Part shown: positions 57,118 through 64,000 of the stretch, one piece after another
Numbering within the stretch: the stretch's first letter is position 1
Layout of the letters: the number at the start of each line of letters is the position of its first letter
Virus record (IMG/VR): IMGVR_UViG_3300037483_000076
Location: 31,563-95,562 of that record
Length of the DNA: 64,000 nucleotides
Strand: one strand, 5' to 3'
Source: a virus
Notes under the pieces: model-generated
What the model saw: the letters and a program-made list of their open reading frames with translations, nothing else
What the model was told of the DNA's origin: nothing
Databases searched by the model: none
Made by a program: the position numbers and the translations under genes

Positions 57118-57674
57118 TGGAATTAAAGAAACCAACAACAATTAAATCTCCAGACAGATTAGGAGTAACCATTAAGCGCCTCTCTTCTGTCTTGGAGAAA
57201 GATTTAAATAGTCACATACAAGCTGAAATGTTATCATCTCAGATATACTTAGCAATGGCAACTTGGTGTGAAGACAATGGATATTTTGGTGGATCCAAAC
57301 TATTTAAGAAATACTCTGAGGAAGAGTTAACACATATGCATAAGATATATGATTTCTTATTAGACAGGGATGCTTGTCCAATTACTCCCATTATAGACAA
57401 ACCACAAAATGAGTTTATAGACATATTAGATGTAGTAGAAACTGCTTATAAACATGAGATAGGTGTATCAGATTCATATCATGTAACTGGTGATCTAGCT
57501 TTAAAAGAAGGGGATCATACTGTATATGGAGTTGCTCAGTGGTTTATTAAAGAGCAGATTGAAGAAGAAACTAAATTTGCTACTCTTATATACAAATACA
57601 ATATTCTTATGAAAACTGGAGTTACAGGAGTAGCTCTTATGGAATTTGATGAAATATTAGAAGAATACAATTAA
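57117..57674 (+). CDS. ftnA: Non-heme ferritin (FtnA-like)
   Basis: E..SS..YL.MA.W, EE..H, HE, WFIKEQIEEE ferroxidase ligands. Confidence 0.9.
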   Translation: MELKKPTTIKSPDRLGVTIKRLSSVLEKDLNSHIQAEMLSSQIYLAMATWCEDNGYFGGSKLFKKYSEEELTHMHKIYDFLLDRDACPITPIIDKPQNEFIDILDVVETAYKHEIGVSDSYHVTGDLALKEGDHTVYGVAQWFIKEQIEEETKFATLIYKYNILMKTGVTGVALMEFDEILEEYN

Positions 57675-57686
57675 TAATTAATTATT

Positions 57687-58880
57687 ATGGCAAAAGATAA
57701 AGGCTTCAGTGGATTCAACGAAATGACAGATATGTTCTTACCAATTAGTGAAGGTGGTAATGATACTATAATTGATCCTGAAGAAATCGAAAGACAAATG
57801 GCTAAATTAGATGATATAGATGATAGTCTAACTCAATCTAAAGATGAGCCAATTAAACCGGAGAGTAAGACTCCTGAGAAGCAATCTAAACCAGTTATTA
57901 AAACAACTGTAGAATTAGATGAAGAAGATATAGAAGATAAAGTACTTAAAACTATTGATAGTAAACTATCTAAATCAGATACTGAACAAGCGCAAGAAGT
58001 AGATGAAACAGTTGAAGTGGAGTATGAAGAAGCAGATTTAGTTGATGCATTTGCAGATATATTTGTAGAAGAATTAGATTGGAAATTTGATGAAGGTGAG
58101 AAACCTAAATCAATTAAAGAGTTAGTAGAGTACATGCAGAATGTAATTGAAGAAAATTCTACTCCTGATTATGCTAATGATGATATAAAAGCATTGGATG
58201 AATTTGTCAAACAAGGTGGAGATTTAGCAGACTATTATAAGAAAGTTTATACTAGCGAAGTTAATATTGATACTGTAGATTTGACAAAAGAATCTAATCA
58301 GAAAGCAGTAATTAAAGAAAGTCTTCGTAATAAAGGATATTCTGAACAACGAATAGATAAGTTAATATCACGCTATGAAACATCTGATTCTTTAGAAGAA
58401 GAAGCTCAGGATTCTCTAGAAGAAGTAAAAGAATTTAGAGAGAAAACTAAGACTCAGCTATTAGAGACACAGAAAAAACAAGCTGCCGTTGAATTAAAAC
58501 AACAACAAGATTTTATATCAAGCGTACAGAAAATCATAGACGAAGCCAAAGAAGTGCGTGGTTTCGAACTTTCTAAGAAAGAAAAGCAAGAGCTCATAGA
58601 CTACATATTCAAGCCTGAAAAAGACGGGATGACTAGGTATCAAAAGGAGTATAACAACGATCTTCGTAATCTAGTTGAATCTGCTTTTTTCACAATGAAA
58701 GGTAAAGATTTTGAGCAGCAATTAGAAAAGAAAGCTACCACAGAAGCTATAAAGAAGCTTAAATTGAAACTAAAGACAAAGGGAAAGAGCACAAAGAATG
58801 CTGAATCCGATCAAGAAGACTCAAATAGTAAAATTCCCAACCTATGGGAAGTAGCGGGTAGAGAATTAAGAAAATTTTAA
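57687..58880 (+). CDS. Acidic scaffold-like protein preceding MCP
   Basis: Very acidic, coiled, directly upstream of MCP. Confidence 0.65.
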   Translation: MAKDKGFSGFNEMTDMFLPISEGGNDTIIDPEEIERQMAKLDDIDDSLTQSKDEPIKPESKTPEKQSKPVIKTTVELDEEDIEDKVLKTIDSKLSKSDTEQAQEVDETVEVEYEEADLVDAFADIFVEELDWKFDEGEKPKSIKELVEYMQNVIEENSTPDYANDDIKALDEFVKQGGDLADYYKKVYTSEVNIDTVDLTKESNQKAVIKESLRNKGYSEQRIDKLISRYETSDSLEEEAQDSLEEVKEFREKTKTQLLETQKKQAAVELKQQQDFISSVQKIIDEAKEVRGFELSKKEKQELIDYIFKPEKDGMTRYQKEYNNDLRNLVESAFFTMKGKDFEQQLEKKATTEAIKKLKLKLKTKGKSTKNAESDQEDSNSKIPNLWEVAGRELRKF

Positions 58881-58903
58881 ACATTAATTTAAATTAAAAC
58901 AAA

Positions 58904-60376
58904 ATGCAAGATACCGTATTAAATAATCTTCAACTCTTTAGGTCCAAATATTTTTCTGGACTTGTAGACGAGAATATGCTTTCTAATGCTTTAGTTACGG
59001 AGCCTCATAAAGTGTCTAATGTTTTATCCTATATTTTCGGACGTTATGAAAATACTACTGTTGACTTTTTGACAGCAGGTATGGGTAAAACTATTATTAC
59101 TGAAAATCGTCAGTATGAATGGCCTGTAATGATTGAAAGCGAAAAAGCTATTTCAATTAAACAAGCTAAATGGCAGGGTTCCGCAGTAGCATCAACTGAT
59201 ACCCCAGGTGTCAATGGTACTCCTATCCAATTGTGGTTAGGTGAAAAATGGTTTGGTCCAGGTGCTATCCTCGAATTTGATGACAAAGACTATCAAGTAA
59301 TTGTACAAGGTGCTCCTTACCAAGATGGTAGTGACTTCGTGTATACAGTTGTTGTAGCAGATGGTCAATCAACCTCATATATCCTACCATCATTACTTGG
59401 TGCTGGGAAACAAGTTTCACGTGCCGGTTCCGCTTATCCTGAAAACAGTGAAGAAGCAGATATCGTGAATTATCAAACACCGTTTAAATTACGTAACCAA
59501 TTGACTACTATGCGTTTATCGTATGATATCACTGGTTCTGCTTTATCGGATTTGATGGTAATCGCAATGCGTGATCCTAAAACTAAAAAGACCTCTTACT
59601 TGTGGAGTGATTATCAGGAATGGATCGCTTTACGTCAGTGGTATAATACAATTGAATATCAGTTGGTATACGATAAATATAATAGTAATGCTGATGGTTC
59701 AACTGATTTAGTTGGTTCAAATGGAAGACCAATTTATCGTGGAGCTGGTTTGTTACAACAGATTGCCCCATCGAATCGTCAATCATATACTACTTTAACT
59801 GCAGACTTAGTAGAAGATTTCTTATTCAATCTTGCCTACAATGTACTTGGTAATAGTGAACGTAAATTCGTAGCTCTTACTGGTGAAATGGGTATGAAAG
59901 AATTCGATCGTATATTGAGAGCTAAGGCTTCTTCGTATACACTTGTAGATACTAAATTTGTAACCGGTACTGGACAAGATCTTACTTTAGGTGGACAGTT
60001 CACTACATACAAGATGCTCAATGGTATTGAATTAACATTGAAACATTTCCCATTATACGATAATATCGTTAAGAATAGGAAGTTGCATCCAGTTAGTGGT
60101 AAACCACTTGAATCCTATCGTATGACTTTCATTGATTTTGGTAACCGTGATGGTGAATCCAATATTCAGAAAGTTGTTAAAAAGGGTCGTGAAATGGTAA
60201 TGTGGCATACAGGTGGATCTGCAGCTCCTGGATCAGGATTTGCTAAGTCTATCAACACACTCCGTTCTAATGCAAAAGACGGATATCAAGTTCACTTCTT
60301 GTCAGAACAAGGTATTATGATGAAGGATCCTACTTCGGCAGGTGAACTCTATGTATCTAGTGAATATGGAATTTAA
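58904..60376 (+). CDS. Major capsid protein (crAss-like)
   Basis: 490 aa; LNNLQL...K.FS.LVDENM.SNA, RNQLTTMRLSYDITG, GAGLLQQI, LTGEMGMKEFDR; synteny. Confidence 0.9.
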   Translation: MQDTVLNNLQLFRSKYFSGLVDENMLSNALVTEPHKVSNVLSYIFGRYENTTVDFLTAGMGKTIITENRQYEWPVMIESEKAISIKQAKWQGSAVASTDTPGVNGTPIQLWLGEKWFGPGAILEFDDKDYQVIVQGAPYQDGSDFVYTVVVADGQSTSYILPSLLGAGKQVSRAGSAYPENSEEADIVNYQTPFKLRNQLTTMRLSYDITGSALSDLMVIAMRDPKTKKTSYLWSDYQEWIALRQWYNTIEYQLVYDKYNSNADGSTDLVGSNGRPIYRGAGLLQQIAPSNRQSYTTLTADLVEDFLFNLAYNVLGNSERKFVALTGEMGMKEFDRILRAKASSYTLVDTKFVTGTGQDLTLGGQFTTYKMLNGIELTLKHFPLYDNIVKNRKLHPVSGKPLESYRMTFIDFGNRDGESNIQKVVKKGREMVMWHTGGSAAPGSGFAKSINTLRSNAKDGYQVHFLSEQGIMMKDPTSAGELYVSSEYGI

Positions 60377-60390
60377 TAAATAATTAAAGA

Positions 60391-60422
60391 AGGGGGAGTG
60401 AAATATCTCCCCTAACTTTTTA
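60391..60422 (+). terminator. Terminator after MCP
   Basis: ggggag/ctcccc hairpin followed by a T-run. Confidence 0.65.
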
Positions 60423-60450
60423 TAAATGTTTAACTCTTAATTTAAAATTA

Positions 60451-61239
60451 ATGGAAGTTATATTAAGACCCCTGCTTAGAAATGCAATGCCGGGTGTGCG
60501 AGGTAGATTTAAAAATTGTTTCGACTGGATTGGTACATATTATACTAGGACAGGAAACTTACATACAGGATTATCAGAACAAGATAAAGATCTAAAATTA
60601 GAAGCAGGAACTACTGCAGCTAGATTAGAGAAAGTACTACAAATGGAGCCAGGAACGTTGCTCCCATATTCGTCTTATTGGAAGACGTTTTATGTAAGAA
60701 CTGATAACAAAGATATTGTACTCAATACAGAAATCCCAGATGATGAACTTAAGTATGTATTCTTAAGAAGTCATAAAGATGTTGCTGATGGTTTTAACGA
60801 TATGAGTAAACCAAAAGCTGATTATGTATTGATTAATAGAGAAATTGAAGCTATAGAATCTAATAAGAATGGACAGCTTCGTAGAAAAGCAGCAGTAGAG
60901 TTTAATAAATTATCTCTTACTGATATGCGCAAATTATTACGTCTATATGGACATCGTTCAGATAATCTCAGTAGTGAGTTAGTAGAAAACAAACTCTATG
61001 AAATGATAGAACGTGATCCTCAGAAATTCTTTGACAAATGGGTAGAGAATAAACGTAGGGAGACTGAATTCCTTATCTCTGATGCTATTGCTAAGAATGT
61101 AATTAAAAAGAATAGATCTGAGTATAAGTATGGTGTAGATTCAATAGGTATGTCATTAGATGACGCTATTAATTATCTAGATTCTACTGAACACAGAGAT
61201 CTCAAGTTAACTATTATAAATGAAGTAAATAGTAAGTAA
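60451..61239 (+). CDS. Conserved crAss-like protein downstream of MCP
   Basis: Synteny; TGL, YW..F, P..F. Confidence 0.7.
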   Translation: MEVILRPLLRNAMPGVRGRFKNCFDWIGTYYTRTGNLHTGLSEQDKDLKLEAGTTAARLEKVLQMEPGTLLPYSSYWKTFYVRTDNKDIVLNTEIPDDELKYVFLRSHKDVADGFNDMSKPKADYVLINREIEAIESNKNGQLRRKAAVEFNKLSLTDMRKLLRLYGHRSDNLSSELVENKLYEMIERDPQKFFDKWVENKRRETEFLISDAIAKNVIKKNRSEYKYGVDSIGMSLDDAINYLDSTEHRDLKLTIINEVNSK

Positions 61240-61946
61240 TGACAGTACCAGAAATGCATATTGCTGTACGATTAGGTTTAGATAAAACCTCTTCTTTTGA
61301 ATACGCTAGTTTTCAACAAGAAGAATTGGATTTCTGGCTTAACGAATCTCAGGAAAGGTTTATTAAACAAAGATTGTTTGGTAATAATTATAAACAAGAG
61401 AAGTATGATCAGACTCAAAAACGTATAGATGATATTAAATCATTAGTTGTATTTGGTTATAATATTGATTTAGCTGGTACTACTTTTGGTGTTAATATAA
61501 AAGATGGAGCTCTTCCTTTAACTAGTAGTACAGCTCCTTATATGTTTTATTTAAATTCTAATGTTCGAGATATCTCTGGAAATGAATTACAAACTGGAGA
61601 TGTAGTATCTATAGATATAATAAGTAAATATATAAAAGATAGTGTAAATAATCCTTATTTATTAAGACCTTTAGTTTTCTTTTACAAGAATGCTGGATAT
61701 AGCGGAGAAAGAATAGCATTTATATATTCCGATGAATTTGTACCAAATACATTTGACATTACCTATATAAAAAGACCTAAGAAGTTAATATACAGTTCAC
61801 CAGGAACATATGAGACTACTACCTGTGAGTTATCAGAACATACTCATAAAGAAATAGTTTCTATCTGTGTAAACTTACTATTAGAAAACATAGAGTCTCC
61901 TAGGATACAAAGCTTTCCTCAAATTAATTCATCTACAGTAGAATAA
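61239..61946 (+). CDS. Neck/ring protein (paralog 1)
   Basis: MT..EM, QTQKRIDDI..LV, Y..RP, CEL.EHTH.EIV. Confidence 0.7.
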   Translation: MTVPEMHIAVRLGLDKTSSFEYASFQQEELDFWLNESQERFIKQRLFGNNYKQEKYDQTQKRIDDIKSLVVFGYNIDLAGTTFGVNIKDGALPLTSSTAPYMFYLNSNVRDISGNELQTGDVVSIDIISKYIKDSVNNPYLLRPLVFFYKNAGYSGERIAFIYSDEFVPNTFDITYIKRPKKLIYSSPGTYETTTCELSEHTHKEIVSICVNLLLENIESPRIQSFPQINSSTVE

Positions 61947-61986
61947 TTCGTTTCACTCATTGGTTCACTAACGTTCACAAAATAAT

Positions 61987-62661
61987 ATGACAGCAAGAGA
62001 AATGCAAGTAGCTTTTGAAAGAGAAGCTAATTTCCAAGATCCTATAGCTAAACCTACTTCAACAGAGATATTCTATTGGATAAATAAAGCTATAGATACT
62101 TTTGTAAAGACTAGGTATACTGGGAATAATCCAAAGAGAGAGGGTTTTGAACAGACTCAAAAACGTATAGATGATATAAGAACGTTAGTAACAGAGGTTA
62201 GTATTAATACATCCGTAGGTACAATTAAACCTAATTCATATACAGCAACTATTCCTGCCGGATACTTATTTACACTAGGAGAAGAAGCAACTATATCGTA
62301 TACAAGAAATGGGTCTACTGAGACCGCCAGGAAGGGCATTTTAGAGACCACTACTGATAGATATAGAGATGATGTGGATAATCCTTTCAGTGAACATATA
62401 TTGTTCAACTACGAGGCTAAACCGATTAGATTATATAGAGGGGCAATTGTAGAACTTATATCAGATGGTAACTATACAATTCCAACATATCATTTAAGAT
62501 ACCTAACTTCACCAACAGTTGTTGCTCTACCTTCTACGTCATGTAATCTACCTGAACATACTCATTATGAGATAGTTAAGATTGCTACAAAAATGTATCT
62601 AGAAAGAACTAAGGATCCTAGACAACAAACTTATAATAACGAAATTGTTACTATGGAGTAA
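61987..62661 (+). CDS. Neck/ring protein (paralog 2)
   Basis: Shares MT..EM, QTQKRIDDI..LV and C.L.EHTH.EIV with the preceding gene. Confidence 0.7.
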   Translation: MTAREMQVAFEREANFQDPIAKPTSTEIFYWINKAIDTFVKTRYTGNNPKREGFEQTQKRIDDIRTLVTEVSINTSVGTIKPNSYTATIPAGYLFTLGEEATISYTRNGSTETARKGILETTTDRYRDDVDNPFSEHILFNYEAKPIRLYRGAIVELISDGNYTIPTYHLRYLTSPTVVALPSTSCNLPEHTHYEIVKIATKMYLERTKDPRQQTYNNEIVTME

Positions 62662-62845
62662 CAAATAATATACATTACTGGTTCGACGTGGAAATGCCGA
62701 TTAGTAACTCACTAGACGATAGCCTATAATTATAGGTCTGCAAAGTAGAAGAACTTGTACGTTGTACACTTCTCTACAGAAACCAAACGATGTATGAGGC
62801 TTTAATAAGCCAAAAATAAAGTGTATAACTTAAAAACAAATAAAA

Positions 62846-63847
62846 ATGATTGATAGAGTAAACAAAGTACTTATAGGAAAATCTATAGCTCGTACAGCAG
62901 CCCTTACATCAGCTACCCTTTATACAGGTACTAATGGACCAGCAGAAGGTGAGATTATAGTTCTTGATAAGGATTTTAAACTTGCTTCTCCAGGAATCAC
63001 AATTGCCGATTCCCCTATAATTTATATAGCAGAAGCAATAGGTCAGACTTATAGTACAACTAATGAAGCTGGTACAACTGTTACTGGTATTCGTAAATTA
63101 ATTGTATCTGATGCAATTGAAGGCAATAAAGTAACTTCCTATCTTGGTCGTGCTTATGCAGCAGCTACTGCTCAAGTAGTAACAATTACCCCAAGTTTAA
63201 CTCCAGTAGTTGGTACTGAATATACCCTCCGTGTAGTTTATACAGATACATATGATCGTCCTGGTCAGGTTGCTGTAACCTATCGTGTTATATGTACTGC
63301 CGCTACAGTAGCTAACTTATGTACATTATTTACAGCAGTAATTAATAAACATACTCAACGTAGAATAACTGCTACTGATGGTACAACTAATATAGTATTA
63401 ACTGGTAGAGTAATGCCTTATGATATAACTGATACAGTTAATGCAATAGATGAATATTATCAAGTTAATTTTAAAGTAACTTTACTTTCCAATAACTTTA
63501 CCGCTGCTACAACTGTAGTTTATACTACTGCCGCTACTCCAGGTAATGGTACATGGCAACGTGTTCGTGATGCTGAAAAGATAGCACAGTCTTATAAAGG
63601 TGTAATGAATCGTACACACTTTCCAGTATTCACTCCTACTATGCGTACAGTAGCATCTACTAACTATGATACTATTGTTATAGAAAGTGAAAAAGGATAT
63701 TTCTCTCCAGATAGTTATAATAAAACAACTCGTCTAACTACTGAATTGTATATTGTAGACGGAGCTTCTCAAACAGCTAATGTATTGTCTGTACTGAATC
63801 CTTGGATGGCTTCTACACCAGGTGATTTTGGAAACATATCCTTTTAA
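62846..63847 (+). CDS. Virion structural protein (auxiliary capsid-like)
   Basis: Thr/Ala-rich 333 aa; PG.G.W..VRD.E and NRT.FP motifs; synteny. Confidence 0.6.
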   Translation: MIDRVNKVLIGKSIARTAALTSATLYTGTNGPAEGEIIVLDKDFKLASPGITIADSPIIYIAEAIGQTYSTTNEAGTTVTGIRKLIVSDAIEGNKVTSYLGRAYAAATAQVVTITPSLTPVVGTEYTLRVVYTDTYDRPGQVAVTYRVICTAATVANLCTLFTAVINKHTQRRITATDGTTNIVLTGRVMPYDITDTVNAIDEYYQVNFKVTLLSNNFTAATTVVYTTAATPGNGTWQRVRDAEKIAQSYKGVMNRTHFPVFTPTMRTVASTNYDTIVIESEKGYFSPDSYNKTTRLTTELYIVDGASQTANVLSVLNPWMASTPGDFGNISF

Positions 63848-63882
63848 TTATTAACTTAATAAATTTATAGAAAGGGCTTATA

Positions 63883-64000
63883 ATGAATTTGATATTAAAA
63901 GAACAGCATATGCTTCTATAGCTATTCCAAATGTAGCTACAACTGTATCCACTGGTAAATTTATTCCAGCAGGTGCAATTGTAACTGGAATTAGAATGGT
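63883..64000 (+). CDS. Structural protein, 3'-truncated by the window
   Basis: MNLILKRTAYASIAIPNVATTVSTGKFIPAGAIVTGIRM is open to the window end. Confidence 0.6.

Noticed and set aside
602-62408. Short antisense or nested ORFs in the track (e.g. 602-850, 1013-1300, 16168-16506, 38522-38803, 57833-58135, 59265-60021)
   Set aside because: Shadow ORFs opposite or inside well-supported genes, mostly with non-ATG starts and no motifs.
1-64000. Stop-codon reassignment (TAG or TGA), known in some crAss-like phages
   Set aside because: Core genes are full length in code 11, TerL ends at TAG 7 nt before the portal start, and no suppressor tRNA was seen.

Overview
AT-rich 64-kb segment of a crAss-like (Crassvirales-type) dsDNA phage genome, read in the standard genetic code, probably with a Bacteroidota host (A-rich leaders, no obvious Shine-Dalgarno). 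There are three blocks. (1) 1-5.8 kb (+): the end of the giant virion RNA polymerase-like gene and a second large virion protein. (2) 5.9-46.8 kb (-): early/middle genes, including RNA ligase, AAA ATPase, PD-(D/E)xK nucleases, primase, SSB, Sak4-like ATPase, DnaB-like helicase, intron-split PolB, ThyX, UNG, phosphoesterases, a lytic transglycosylase, a degenerate acyl-CoA ligase and many hypotheticals. (3) 46.9-64 kb (+): small ORFs, then TerL, portal, ferritin, scaffold-like protein, MCP and downstream virion genes. The most unusual content is non-coding. I found three non-canonical tRNA-derived elements and no canonical tRNA: an expanded tRNA-Leu-like RNA directly upstream of the AAA ATPase and RNA ligase, a tRNA 3' end inside P8 of a group I intron in polB, and a 48-nt mini-tRNA. 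There are also two ORF-free, hairpin-dense regions of over 1 kb and about ten intergenic elements closed by long terminal stems. Other points: a fixed-spacing leader motif TGTCTAACCTAA-N11-ATG, repeated AAC-N16/17-CGTA promoter-like motifs, and a UNG with a natural catalytic Asp-to-Asn change. All calls come from manual motif reading; no searches or folding programs were run.
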